Shown here: in pieces, positions 30,671 to 40,393 of the stretch
How the letters are laid out: each line of letters starts with the position of its first letter
Position numbering within the stretch: the stretch's first letter is position 1
NCBI GenBank assembly: GCA_964575755.1
Contig: CAZNRH010000003.1
Span: forward strand, 2,303 to 66,302
Length of the DNA stretch: 64,000 nucleotides
Source: an uncultured Candidatus Saccharibacteria bacterium
GTDB taxonomy: Bacteria > Patescibacteriota > Minisyncoccia > Phycocordibacterales > JABMNX01
Direction: 5' to 3'
Translations under genes and position numbers: made by a program
The notes under the pieces: model-generated
What the model saw: only the letters and a program-made list of their open reading frames with translations
The model's database searches: none
Told to the model about the DNA's origin: nothing

Positions 30671-31093
30671 ATGTTATTTCCAAAGAAAGTAAAATACAGA
30701 AAATGGCAGACACGCCGTTCAAATAAAAACAAAGTGCACAATGCAACAAGGGGTGTAACCGTAGCATTTGGTTCACACGGTCTTAAAGCTGTTGCTATGA
30801 AGCGGGTTACATCAAACCAAATAGAGGCAGCAAGACGTGTTATTAGCCGAACGTTAGGAAAGACAGGAAAGACGTGGATTCGTATTTTTCCAGACCGACC
30901 AATCACAGCTAAGGCAGCTGAGGTAGGTATGGGTAAAGGAAAAGGAGACTTAAAGCACTATGTTGCTGAAGTACTTCCTGGTCGTATTCTATTTGAAATA
31001 GACGGAGTTGAAGACGATGTGGCTAAAGAAGCTCTTCGAAAAGCTGGAGCAAAACTTCCTCTTAAGACCAAGATAGTAACTAGGCAGGCATAA
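30671..31093 (+). CDS. rplP: 50S ribosomal protein L16
   Basis: MLFPKKVKYRKWQ. Confidence 0.95.
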   Translation: MLFPKKVKYRKWQTRRSNKNKVHNATRGVTVAFGSHGLKAVAMKRVTSNQIEAARRVISRTLGKTGKTWIRIFPDRPITAKAAEVGMGKGKGDLKHYVAEVLPGRILFEIDGVEDDVAKEALRKAGAKLPLKTKIVTRQA

Positions 31094-31103
31094 TAAAAAA
31101 ATT

Positions 31104-31292
31104 ATGAAAAAAGAACCAGTAATTAAAAGCAAGAGCAGTAAAGATTTAATAAAAACACTTAACGAAAAACGTGAAGAGTTAAGGAAGTTTCGTTTTGGTA
31201 TCTCAGGAAGTAAGACTCGTAATGTAAAAGAAGGAAGAAACACACGAAAAGAGGTCGCAAAGGTTCTCACTGAGTTAAACTCAAGAGTATAA
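31104..31292 (+). CDS. rpmC: 50S ribosomal protein L29
   Basis: Position between rplP and rpsQ, a size of 62 aa, and a coiled-coil composition. Confidence 0.8.
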   Translation: MKKEPVIKSKSSKDLIKTLNEKREELRKFRFGISGSKTRNVKEGRNTRKEVAKVLTELNSRV

Positions 31293-31300
31293 ATAAAAAT

Positions 31301-31582
31301 ATGACTGACAAACAAACAACAAATAAAGAAGTTGAAAGCTCTACTCCAAAAGCTAAGAAAGTATTTAGTGGTACGGTGGTATCTAACAAAATGAAAGACA
31401 CAATAGTTGTCTTGGTATCTAGGTACACAAAGCATCCAAAGTACAAGAAGTTTTTAAAGCGTTCAAAGAAGTTTATGGCGCACGATGCAGGGAACACCAA
31501 GGAGATTGGAGACAAAGTAAATATAGAAGAAGCGCGGCCAATGTCGAAAAACAAGAAGTTCAAACTAGTCGACAGTAAGTAA
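31301..31582 (+). CDS. rpsQ: 30S ribosomal protein S17
   Basis: [30 protein letters not shown]. Confidence 0.9.
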   Translation: MTDKQTTNKEVESSTPKAKKVFSGTVVSNKMKDTIVVLVSRYTKHPKYKKFLKRSKKFMAHDAGNTKEIGDKVNIEEARPMSKNKKFKLVDSK

Positions 31583-31645
31583 CTATTAGTTTATAGTAAC
31601 CACTCATTACCTTAAAGCTGACACCTGTAACCTAAAACCTAGAAC

Positions 31646-32017
31646 ATGATTCAACCACAAACAACAGTAAAAATAACCGACAACTCAGGCGCAAAGATAG
31701 GCGTTGTGTTTAAGGTTCTTGGTGGATCTAAGCGTAGGTATGCTCGTATTGGAGACTTGGTAGTTCTTTCCATAAAATCAGTTGAGCCACGAAAGATGAT
31801 AAAAAAGAAAGAAGTTGTTCGAGGTATTGTAGTACGCCAAAAGCAACCATTCAGACGCAAGGATGGTTCTTATATAAGATTCGACGAGAATGCAGTCGTT
31901 TTAGTTGAAAAGGAGAAGAAAGAACCTAGAGCAGGACGAATCTTTGGTCCAATTCCACGAGAGATTGCAGAAGCTGGATACCAGAAGATTGTTTCTCTTG
32001 CACCAGAGGTTGTATAA
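31646..32017 (+). CDS. rplN: 50S ribosomal protein L14
   Basis: MIQPQTTVKITDNSGAK. Confidence 0.95.
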   Translation: MIQPQTTVKITDNSGAKIGVVFKVLGGSKRRYARIGDLVVLSIKSVEPRKMIKKKEVVRGIVVRQKQPFRRKDGSYIRFDENAVVLVEKEKKEPRAGRIFGPIPREIAEAGYQKIVSLAPEVV

Positions 32018-32027
32018 AGATATACAT

Positions 32028-32336
32028 ATGAAAATCAAAAAGGATGACAAAGTAATAGTGATTGCAGGGAAAGACCGAGGAAAGAAAGGTAAGGTTCTTC
32101 GAGCACTTCCAAGGGAAGACCGTGTGATAGTCGAAGGTGTTAATGTTGTTAAACGACACCAGAAGGCAACTTCACAGCGCCAGAATGGACAGATTATAGA
32201 CAAGACTCTTCCTATTCATGTTTCAAATGTAATGATTGTTGACCCAAAGACAGGCAAGAGAACACGGATTGGCATCAAAAGAGTAAATGGTAAGTACACA
32301 CGTATCGCAAAAAAGAGTAATACAAAGATTTCATAA
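32028..32336 (+). CDS. rplX: 50S ribosomal protein L24
   Basis: MKIKKDDKVIVIAGKDRGKKGKV. The start is the internal ATG at 32028; the 5' extension in the ORF track overlaps rplN and was rejected. Confidence 0.9.
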   Translation: MKIKKDDKVIVIAGKDRGKKGKVLRALPREDRVIVEGVNVVKRHQKATSQRQNGQIIDKTLPIHVSNVMIVDPKTGKRTRIGIKRVNGKYTRIAKKSNTKIS

Positions 32337-32341
32337 CACGT

Positions 32342-32875
32342 ATGTCATTAACAAAAGAAAAACAAAATAGTATTTTTGGCTCTATTAAAGAGAAGTTAAA
32401 CTACACAAACGTTTCTCAGTCACCAAAGATTGAAAAAGTCTCCGTGTCTGTTGGAGTTGGCTCAATAAAGGATAAAAAGAAAATAGAGACAATTATAGAT
32501 CGACTTACAAAAATAACAGGACAAAAGCCTTCTGCCTGCCCTGCAAAGAAGTCAATCGCTACATTTAAGCTTCGAGAAGGAGACGTTATTGGATACCAGG
32601 TGACACTGCGTGGTTCACGTATGTATGATTTTCTTGATAAGCTCATCCATGTTGCACTTCCAAGAACTCGTGACTTTAGGGGAATTAAACTTTCATCAAT
32701 AGATGAGATGGGTAATATTTCTATCGGGATTAAAGAGCATACAATATTCCCAGAGACTTCAGATGAAGAGCTAAGGAATGTATTTGGAATGAGTATTACT
32801 ATTACAACTTCATCTAGTACGAGAGAAGAGACTGAGGCTTTGTTACGCGGCATACAATTCCCACTTCAGAAATAA
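32342..32875 (+). CDS. rplE: 50S ribosomal protein L5
   Basis: KLREGDVIGYQVTLRGSRMYDFLDKLI...PRTRDFRG. Confidence 0.95.
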   Translation: MSLTKEKQNSIFGSIKEKLNYTNVSQSPKIEKVSVSVGVGSIKDKKKIETIIDRLTKITGQKPSACPAKKSIATFKLREGDVIGYQVTLRGSRMYDFLDKLIHVALPRTRDFRGIKLSSIDEMGNISIGIKEHTIFPETSDEELRNVFGMSITITTSSSTREETEALLRGIQFPLQK

Positions 32876-32992
32876 AACCCCATTTTAAGCGAATTACTTC
32901 GTTGTGTTCGCGAAAATATTGTTCACAATACGCTTGTATTGCTCTCAATATTTTCGCTCCACAGCCTCGTACTTCATCTTAAAATGGGGTTT
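32875..32992. repeat. 118-nt nested hairpin element with 15-bp perfect terminal inverted repeats AAACCCCATTTTAAG/CTTAAAATGGGGTTT, an inner 12-bp stem GCGAAAATATTG/CAATATTTTCGC and a core hairpin CAATAC-GCTT-GTATTG
   Basis: It fills the entire rplE-to-next-gene spacer. Its left arm begins inside the rplE stop codon and its right arm ends 5 nt before the ATG at 32998. Confidence 0.8.
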
Positions 32993-32997
32993 CTGGG

Positions 32998-33453
32998 ATG
33001 TTTGATAAAGCGATTCGTGCTCTTTCAAAAGAAGAAAATGATTCAAGTTATATATCAGATGTACACGTTGTATTTTGGGGTGATATAAAAAATGAGGGAT
33101 ATAATCACTTAAGAGAAATATTAGAAAAGGAGTATAAAATAAATAAAAAATTTAAAGAAAAGATTCTTTACTTTGTAAATAAATACGTTGAATTTAGAGA
33201 GGCTGAAGTCTCTGAAGGAGACAAAGATAAGCTCGCTGGTTATATCATAAGCGAACTACCGACTCTGTTAGGTGGAGTTTTGTGGAACAACACTTTATAT
33301 GATCTTGTTCTTTATCCAACATATGTAGATAGTGGAATGAGTCAATTCGTTTTAGATATACGAGGAGGTAAATATTTCGATTCTTCAAAACTTCTCTTGA
33401 GACAGCTCAATACTCTTGTGGAAGATTATCTGGAAAAGCCCAAGTTATCCTGA
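32998..33453 (+). CDS. Hypothetical 151-aa protein, inserted between rplE and rpsN
   Basis: The ORF is bracketed by the nested hairpin element upstream and a 19-bp-stem terminator downstream. Confidence 0.45.
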   Translation: MFDKAIRALSKEENDSSYISDVHVVFWGDIKNEGYNHLREILEKEYKINKKFKEKILYFVNKYVEFREAEVSEGDKDKLAGYIISELPTLLGGVLWNNTLYDLVLYPTYVDSGMSQFVLDIRGGKYFDSSKLLLRQLNTLVEDYLEKPKLS

Positions 33454-33490
33454 AAAATAAGTCTATATAGACTAGTAAACAACCATTTCA

Positions 33491-33541
33491 AGCCATTTTA
33501 AATGCCCCAGGTGGTTGGGGCATTTAAAATGGCTTGTTTTG
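33491..33541. terminator. Terminator of family A: AGCCATTTTAAATGCCCCA-GGTGGT-TGGGGCATTTAAAATGGCT followed by TGTTTTG
   Basis: 19-bp perfect stem. Confidence 0.85.
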
Positions 33542-33658
33542 TGGCAAAAGTTGCTTAAAACCCTTTTAGAACAAGAGTTTTATTTGACTTTAGGCGCTTC
33601 AACTGATAATATGTGCCAAGCGTTTCAAAGCGCTTTTTTAATTAGCTATATATAATTC

Positions 33659-33844
33659 ATGGCAAAGAAATCAGTAATAGCTCGGTCACAAAAGACCCCA
33701 AAGTTTAAGTCACGTGTTGTGCGGCGATGTTTTCGTTGTGGGCGTACTCATGGGTATATGAGAGATTTCGACCTTTGTCGTATATGTTTTAGAGAACAAG
33801 CAAATGACGGAAATTTACCAGGAATCAAAAAAGCATCATGGTAA
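33659..33844 (+). CDS. rpsZ: 30S ribosomal protein S14, type Z (zinc-binding)
   Basis: [23 protein letters not shown] Cys4 motif on a 61-aa protein. Confidence 0.95.
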   Translation: MAKKSVIARSQKTPKFKSRVVRRCFRCGRTHGYMRDFDLCRICFREQANDGNLPGIKKASW

Positions 33845-34233
33845 CAGACACAGTAGGAGATTTCATAATAAGACTTAAAAATGCATCCATAATGAAAAAG
33901 GATGTTGTGAGTACTCCGTATTCAAAATTACGATTTGCAGTTGCTCAGTCATTACAGAAAAATGGATATATCAAATCAGTAAACAAAAAAGGTAAAAAAA
34001 TAGAAAAAACTATTGAGGTTGAATTAGCCTACGATAAAGACAACAAATCAGTCATTACTGATGTTAAGCGTGTGTCTAGTCCAGGACGCCGAACATACTA
34101 CGGTACTAAAGATATACAGCCAGTAAAGTATGGAAGAGGCTCTCTTATCCTTTCAACACCAAAGGGTATTTTGACAGACAAGGAGGCTAAGAAAGAAAAC
34201 GTTGGAGGTGAAGCGTTGTTTAAAATTTGGTAA
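33838..34233 (+). CDS. rpsH: 30S ribosomal protein S8
   Basis: [18 protein letters not shown]. Confidence 0.95.
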   Translation: MVTDTVGDFIIRLKNASIMKKDVVSTPYSKLRFAVAQSLQKNGYIKSVNKKGKKIEKTIEVELAYDKDNKSVITDVKRVSSPGRRTYYGTKDIQPVKYGRGSLILSTPKGILTDKEAKKENVGGEALFKIW

Positions 34234-34239
34234 ACAGAT

Positions 34240-34776
34240 ATGTCACGTATAGGTAAACAAAAAATAAGTATTCCAGAAAAGACAGAAGTAACTGTTTCTG
34301 GTAATTCTGTTTCTGTGAAGGGTCCTCTTGGAGAACTTACAAAAGATCTTCATGAAGCTATTACAGTGAGCGTTGATAACAACGAAGTAGTAGTTTCCCC
34401 TGTTAGTAATACGATACAAGCAAGAGCTTTGTGGGGAACATATGCTTCTCACATAAAGAGCATGATAGAGGGAGTAAACAAGGTATTCGAAAAAAAGCTT
34501 ATCGTAGAAGGAATTGGATATAAAGTAAATCTTTCCGGAAAGAATCTAGAGCTTATAGTAGGTTTTTCTCATCCAGTAATTCTTACTCTTCCAGAAGGAA
34601 TCAATGTTGTTGTTGAAAAAAACAACATATCAATATCAGGTTCTGATAAACAAATAGTTGGACAATTTACTGCAGAGATTCGAGACGTAAAGAGACCAGA
34701 GCCTTACAAAGGTAAGGGAATACGATATGAAGATGAAATAGTTCGCCGAAAACAAGGTAAGAAGACTGTAGGATAA
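34240..34776 (+). CDS. rplF: 50S ribosomal protein L6
   Basis: [33 protein letters not shown]. Confidence 0.95.
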   Translation: MSRIGKQKISIPEKTEVTVSGNSVSVKGPLGELTKDLHEAITVSVDNNEVVVSPVSNTIQARALWGTYASHIKSMIEGVNKVFEKKLIVEGIGYKVNLSGKNLELIVGFSHPVILTLPEGINVVVEKNNISISGSDKQIVGQFTAEIRDVKRPEPYKGKGIRYEDEIVRRKQGKKTVG

Positions 34777-34795
34777 GAATAGTAGAATAAAAAAT

Positions 34796-35143
34796 ATGTT
34801 AAGTAATATAAAAAAAATAAGACGACAAAGGAGACATAATCGCGTACGAGCGAAGATTTCCGGCACAGATACCACTCCACGGTTGTCTGTATTCAAGTCT
34901 AATACACGTATTACTGCGCAGGTTATTAATGATGAAAAGGGTGAGACTATCGCATCTTCTTCCACTACAGATTTTAAAAAAGGAACTCTTAAAGACAAAG
35001 CAGTAGAGGTGGGAAAGAAGATTGCACAAGACGTAAAAGGTAAAAAAATAGAGAAGGTCGTATTTGATAGAGGAGGATTTCTATACACAGGGAACATTAA
35101 AGCACTTGCTGACAGCGCAAGAGAAGGCGGGTTAAAGTTTTAA
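34796..35143 (+). CDS. rplR: 50S ribosomal protein L18
   Basis: [34 protein letters not shown]. Confidence 0.95.
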   Translation: MLSNIKKIRRQRRHNRVRAKISGTDTTPRLSVFKSNTRITAQVINDEKGETIASSSTTDFKKGTLKDKAVEVGKKIAQDVKGKKIEKVVFDRGGFLYTGNIKALADSAREGGLKF

Positions 35144-35160
35144 TATAATTTTTAATACAT

Positions 35161-35766
35161 ATGACAGAAGAAACACTACAAAAGAAAACGACTGAACCAA
35201 AGAGCGATGTAACACCAAAGACACCAGCAACATCTACGAGTACAGATAAGCCTCCTGCAAGTACTCCTGCAAGAAACACAGGCTTCAGGAAAAATACTCG
35301 TAGAATAGTTCGTAGACAAGATAGAGCTCGTTCAGAGTTCACTCAAAAGATCATCAGTATCCGCCGAGTTACTCGTGTTATGGCAGGTGGGCGACGTTTT
35401 GGTTTTTCAGTAGCAATGGTTCTAGGAGATCAGAAGGGGCGTGTTGGAATAGGTACTGGCAAGGCAACAGACACAGCACTTGCGATTGAGAAGGCTATCC
35501 GACAAGCAAAGAAAAACATGATTAAGATAAATACTACGAAAGAAATGAGTATTGCTCATGACGTAAACATGAAGTACGGTGCATCTGTTATTCAGATAAT
35601 TCCGGCGAAAGGACGAGGTCTTGTTGCAGGTAGTTCAGTAAGGACAATTCTCGAGCTTGCAGGAATCAAAGATGTAACAGCAAAGATTTTCTCACGAAGC
35701 AAGAACAAGCTTAATAATGCACAAGCTACCATCAATGCGCTTAAACAATTGAAAGTTGAAAACTAA
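35161..35766 (+). CDS. rpsE: 30S ribosomal protein S5 with an N-terminal Thr/Pro/Lys-rich extension
   Basis: RRVTRVMAGGRRFGFSVAMVLGDQKGRVGIGTGKA. Confidence 0.95.
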   Translation: MTEETLQKKTTEPKSDVTPKTPATSTSTDKPPASTPARNTGFRKNTRRIVRRQDRARSEFTQKIISIRRVTRVMAGGRRFGFSVAMVLGDQKGRVGIGTGKATDTALAIEKAIRQAKKNMIKINTTKEMSIAHDVNMKYGASVIQIIPAKGRGLVAGSSVRTILELAGIKDVTAKIFSRSKNKLNNAQATINALKQLKVEN

Positions 35767-35770
35767 AAAC

Positions 35771-36220
35771 ATGCAATTAAACGATTTAAAACAAAAGACA
35801 AAACGAATAACAAAAAAGCGAATTGGTCGCGGTGGTCTTCGAGGTAAAACATCTGGACGTGGACACAAGGGTCAAAAAGCGCGTGCCGGACATTCACTTC
35901 GCCCAGAATGGCGAGATATAATCAAAAGGCTTCCAAAGCTACGTGGACACGGCAAGAACAGAGCTCGAACAATTAATAGTTCTGTTGTTAAACCTACACC
36001 AGTAAATCTAGCTATTTTAGAGGCGACATTCTCAGACGGTGAGGTAGTTACCCCAACTGTTTTGTTTGATAAGAACATTGTTTCTCGTGTAGATGGTAAG
36101 ATGCCTAAAGTAAAAATTCTTGGTCTAGGATCTATTTCCAAGAAAGTATCAATTGAAGAGTGTCTTGTCTCAAAGACTGCAAAAGAGGCGATAGAAAAAG
36201 CAGGTGGAAGTATAAAATAA
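35771..36220 (+). CDS. rplO: 50S ribosomal protein L15. It follows rpsE directly with no rpmD (L30) between them.
   Basis: MQLNDLKQKTKRITKKRIGRGGLRGKTSGRGHKGQKAR. The start is the ATG at 35771; the 35756 start in the ORF track overlaps rpsE. Confidence 0.9.
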   Translation: MQLNDLKQKTKRITKKRIGRGGLRGKTSGRGHKGQKARAGHSLRPEWRDIIKRLPKLRGHGKNRARTINSSVVKPTPVNLAILEATFSDGEVVTPTVLFDKNIVSRVDGKMPKVKILGLGSISKKVSIEECLVSKTAKEAIEKAGGSIK

Positions 36221-36233
36221 AGATATAAAAATC

Positions 36234-37508
36234 ATGTTTTCTTCATTTTTAAATAAAGTAAGACTAGTTATAAAAGACAGCACCCTACGTAAGAGATTAC
36301 TTTTTGTAATTTTTGCACTTCTAATATTCCGAGCACTTGCTGCAATCCCAATTCCAGGTGTTGATATTCTTCAACTTGAAAACTTTTTTGCAAACAATCA
36401 GTTTTTAGGACTTCTTAATATTTTCTCAGGAGGTGGGTTGGCAAACCTTTCTATCGTTATGCTTGGAGTAGGGCCATATATTACAGCGTCCATTATTATG
36501 CAATTACTTACTATTATGTCACCTAAGCTTAAGGCGATGTATCAAGAAGACGGTGAGGCAGGGCGGAAGAAATTTTCACAATATTCACGATTACTGACAA
36601 TACCACTTGCCTTTGTTCAAGGGTTTAGTTTCTACGTATTATTACAACGACAAGGTATTATTATTGACTCTGGTCTTATAAGCACTGTAACCAACGTTAT
36701 GGTTATCGCAGCTGGTTCTATATTCTTAATGTGGATTGGTGAGCTTATTTCAGAGTTTGGTATAGGCAACGGAGTCTCACTTATTATATTTGCAGGTATT
36801 GTAGCAAGTCTACCAACGACCATAAGCCAGTTGGCATTTTCATTTGATATCGTTCAACTTCCTTTGTATATAGGATTTATTCTCGTGGGTATATTGATTA
36901 CAGCAGGTGTTGTAGTTGTCACAGAAGCAGAGAGGCCGATACCGATTACGTATGCTCGTCGTGTACGAGGAGCAAAAGTATATGGCGGCATCTCAACATA
37001 CCTTCCTATTCGAGTTAATCAGGCTGGTGTTATTCCAATTATCTTCGCACTATCAATACTCCTATTTCCACAGATGATTTTTACATTCTTAGCTAACCTT
37101 AATATAGCAATAGTAAGCTCAGTATCTTCTGCAATAGTCACGGGGCTTTCAAATCAGCTTGTCTACGCGATACTGTATTTCTTACTCGTATTCATGTTTA
37201 CATATTTTTATACAGCAGTTACGTTTGATCCAGACACAATTTCTAAAAATCTTCAAAAGAGTGGAGCGTTTATTCCAGGTGTTCGTCCAGGTAATATGAC
37301 CTCAACATATATAGCTAAAATACTCACTCGGTTAACATTAGTAGGCGCTTTATTCTTAGGATGTATCGCAGTATTACCTCTTGGTATGCAAGCAATTACG
37401 GGCATAACAGCGCTTGCTATTGGTGGTACAGCGCTTTTGATTGCGGTATCAGTAGTTCTCGACTTGGTTAAAAAGATTGATGCACAGATTGCAATGCGTG
37501 AATATTAA
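36234..37508 (+). CDS. secY: Preprotein translocase SecY
   Basis: Ten TM segments with the GIMPYITASIIMQLL-like motif. Confidence 0.95.
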   Translation: MFSSFLNKVRLVIKDSTLRKRLLFVIFALLIFRALAAIPIPGVDILQLENFFANNQFLGLLNIFSGGGLANLSIVMLGVGPYITASIIMQLLTIMSPKLKAMYQEDGEAGRKKFSQYSRLLTIPLAFVQGFSFYVLLQRQGIIIDSGLISTVTNVMVIAAGSIFLMWIGELISEFGIGNGVSLIIFAGIVASLPTTISQLAFSFDIVQLPLYIGFILVGILITAGVVVVTEAERPIPITYARRVRGAKVYGGISTYLPIRVNQAGVIPIIFALSILLFPQMIFTFLANLNIAIVSSVSSAIVTGLSNQLVYAILYFLLVFMFTYFYTAVTFDPDTISKNLQKSGAFIPGVRPGNMTSTYIAKILTRLTLVGALFLGCIAVLPLGMQAITGITALAIGGTALLIAVSVVLDLVKKIDAQIAMREY

Positions 37509-37705
37509 GACTCCAAAATTTGCTAAAACTCCTAAAATTGACCCAGAGCTTCGTCAGTTACGAAAAAAGTTTTCTCACCGTATGTTCATACGGCTCAAAA
37601 ACTTTTTTCTTACTTTCTCGCCCTGAATCAATTTAATGAGTTTATGTCCCTTCGTTTGGCGTTCAATTTTTAAACAGTGGAGATGAATAAGGTATACTAG
37701 ATATC

Positions 37706-38272
37706 ATGTTAAATACATTTGTCATAACAGGGCGTCCTGGTTCAGGGAAGTCCGCACAAGCAAAATTACTTTCTAAAAAAACAGGTTTTAGATTTTTTTC
37801 TCCTGGGAACCGATACCGTGAGATAGCTACACAGGAGAACATATTTGGTAAAAAGATAAAAGAAATCATAGATGGAGGGCACCTAGGTCCCTATTGGCTC
37901 TCGGCCTATTTATTTCAAGAAGTAATTTTAAATATAGATGATACAGAGGGGATAATTTTTGAAGGAATTGGGAGAAAAGAAGAGGAAGCAAAAATGTTTG
38001 ACGAAGTTATGGGATGGCTTGATCGTGACTACAAAGTTCTCGATGTTTCGGTGGATGAAGAAGAAATCACTAAACGGCTGACACTCCGTCGCAATACAGA
38101 ATCTAGAGAAGATGATGACCCTGAAGATATTCCGGTGCGTATTAAAGAATATGACGCACATACATTACCAGCAATAAATTTTTTCAAATCAGTTGGAAAG
38201 TATACTGAAATCAATGGAGAGCAAAGTATAGATGAGGTACACCAAGAAATTTTACAAAGACTAAGCATTTAA
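37706..38272 (+). CDS. adk: Adenylate kinase
   Basis: GRPGSGKSAQA P-loop, with the expected position after secY. Confidence 0.85.
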   Translation: MLNTFVITGRPGSGKSAQAKLLSKKTGFRFFSPGNRYREIATQENIFGKKIKEIIDGGHLGPYWLSAYLFQEVILNIDDTEGIIFEGIGRKEEEAKMFDEVMGWLDRDYKVLDVSVDEEEITKRLTLRRNTESREDDDPEDIPVRIKEYDAHTLPAINFFKSVGKYTEINGEQSIDEVHQEILQRLSI

Positions 38273-38330
38273 TTTTTCAATTTTTGCTTAATTCTTAATT
38301 CTTAATTCATTATTCCTAATTCATAACAGT

Positions 38331-39095
38331 ATGTTAGCACATGAGGAAGATAAAGAAGCATTACGCACAGCAGGAGAACACTTAGGAACAATACTTAAAA
38401 CACTTGCGGGTTTAGCAAAACCAGGAGTGTCAGTTGCGTCGTTAGATGAAAAAGCAAAAGAGATGATGGACGAATATGGAGACAAGCCAGCCCTTTTAGG
38501 ATACAAGCCACAGGGAGCACCTCGAGCATATCCAGCCACATTGTGCATAGCGGTTAACGATATTGTTGTGCACGGTATTCCGACTGAGCAAAACACCGTA
38601 CTTCAAGAGGGGGATATTATAGGTCTTGATACTACGCTAGTTCATGGCAAATATATAGTAGACAGTGGCATAACCGTACCTGTTGGTAATGTAAGCAAAG
38701 AAGCCACAAAGCTCATACAAGTGACCAGAGAGGCCTTATATATAGGTATAGAGCAGGCGAGGATAGGGAATACCGTAGGAGATATAGGGCACGCAATAGA
38801 AACATATGTAAAACCATATAAATATGGGATAGTGCGCGAGCTGTGTGGGCACGGAGTGGGTAATAAAGTTCATGAAGAGCCATCTATCCCAAACTACGGC
38901 AAGGCTGGAGAGGGGGATGTCTTAAAAGAAGGTATGGTTATCGCGATAGAGCCAATGTTTAACATAGGAAGCGAAGAAGTTATTTTTGAGGATGACGGGT
39001 TTACTGTCAGAACAGCAGACGGGTCATTAAGTGCGCACTTTGAACACACTCTTGTTATAACTAAAGACGGACCGGAAATTTTTACGGAAGTTTAA
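38331..39095 (+). CDS. map: Methionine aminopeptidase type I
   Basis: Pita-bread fold with the metal-ligand pattern H...D...D...H...E...E (HGIP, DIIGLD, GHGVG, IEPM). Confidence 0.9.
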   Translation: MLAHEEDKEALRTAGEHLGTILKTLAGLAKPGVSVASLDEKAKEMMDEYGDKPALLGYKPQGAPRAYPATLCIAVNDIVVHGIPTEQNTVLQEGDIIGLDTTLVHGKYIVDSGITVPVGNVSKEATKLIQVTREALYIGIEQARIGNTVGDIGHAIETYVKPYKYGIVRELCGHGVGNKVHEEPSIPNYGKAGEGDVLKEGMVIAIEPMFNIGSEEVIFEDDGFTVRTADGSLSAHFEHTLVITKDGPEIFTEV

Positions 39096-39139
39096 AGCGA
39101 GCTAGAAAGTTAGAAGTTTATAAAATAGAAAGAAAAGAT

Positions 39140-39172
39140 TAGGCCATATAATCCCTTCGAGGAATTATATGG
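39140..39172. terminator. Hairpin terminator candidate GGCCATATAATCCCT-TCG-AGGAATTATATGGCC
   Basis: A 14-15-bp stem. A T-rich tract is present only on the minus side, so orientation is ambiguous. Confidence 0.4.
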
Positions 39173-39393
39173 CCGTTGTAACTAGTCGCTTTTATATGGA
39201 TTGATATCAAGCGATCCGCAACCAATGTTGTTTAGTTTCATTAAAATCACCTCCTTTTCCATTTTCATATTAGCTTATATAAAGCGTTTATTCAAGAAGA
39301 TTGCGCCATAATACTAATAGCGTATAATTGTGCGTACTAATCTTTTAATTATTTAGTAATTTATTAATAGCTTTCGGCTAAAATCTATTTATT

Positions 39394-39999
39394 ATGTCAA
39401 AACACAGCAAAGAGAGGACTCTTGTTATTATCAAACCAGATGGAGTGCAACGCTCACTTATTGGAGAAGTAATAGCACGGCACGAGAGAGTTGGATTAAA
39501 ACTTGTAGGTCTCAAAATACAAGTTCCTGAGGCTGGTCATGTAGAAGAACACTATACACTTGATCCGCAGTGGCGTACTGTGACAGGTGAGAAGTCAATT
39601 GAGGCATATAAAAAAAGGGGGCTTACACCTCCATCAACTGACCCCCTTGAAGTTACAGCAAAGATTCTAGAAAATTTAAAGAAATATATGACGTCCGGCC
39701 CTGTAATTATTATGGTGTGGCAAGGAGCACATAGTGTTGAGTTAGTGAGAAAACTTGTTGGTGGCACAGAACCGCTTACGTCAGATGTAGGTACTATTAG
39801 AGGGGATTATGTTTTAGACTCATATCGTATGGCAGACGAAGATGGGCGAGCTGTACGAAATGTTATCCACGCATCAGGCTCAGTTAGTGAAGCGGAGAAT
39901 GAAATTAAACATTGGTTTGAAGACAGTGAATTGATTAATTATCGTCTTGTTCAAGAAGAAATTATATACAATGTAGAATTGGATGGGATTCTTGAGTAA
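39394..39999 (+). CDS. ndk: Nucleoside diphosphate kinase (long form with an insertion)
   Basis: RTLVIIKPDGVQR...NVIHASGS, with the active-site His in the NxxH.SD context. Confidence 0.8.
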   Translation: MSKHSKERTLVIIKPDGVQRSLIGEVIARHERVGLKLVGLKIQVPEAGHVEEHYTLDPQWRTVTGEKSIEAYKKRGLTPPSTDPLEVTAKILENLKKYMTSGPVIIMVWQGAHSVELVRKLVGGTEPLTSDVGTIRGDYVLDSYRMADEDGRAVRNVIHASGSVSEAENEIKHWFEDSELINYRLVQEEIIYNVELDGILE

Positions 40000-40393
40000 A
40001 AATTAAACTTAATATAAGCCATAAAAAATGCCCAAGTACCTGTGGTATTTTTTATTAGCGACGTAGAGCGAGAGAAACGGGAAAGCGTAGCTTTTGCATT
40101 TCCGAGCCGAGGAGCTAATATGGGTTCAATACTTCGTGCTTTTAGGCTGAGGATCCTTTATATTGCGAACGTCTTATTGCAGGAGTATAATACAAGCAAG
40201 GTAACGAAAGTATTGTTCACTTAGTTACTTGTTCAGGGAAGTTTGAATGTATTAAGTATACACACAACACGGTGTATCGCTGAAAACACCCACCTTCATT
40301 TACTGAGCGAGTACTTTCGTTCCCTTATCAAAGGATCACTCAATTTGCTTGAGTGGTTTTTTGATTATGTATATTTGATATACTGAGACTGTT

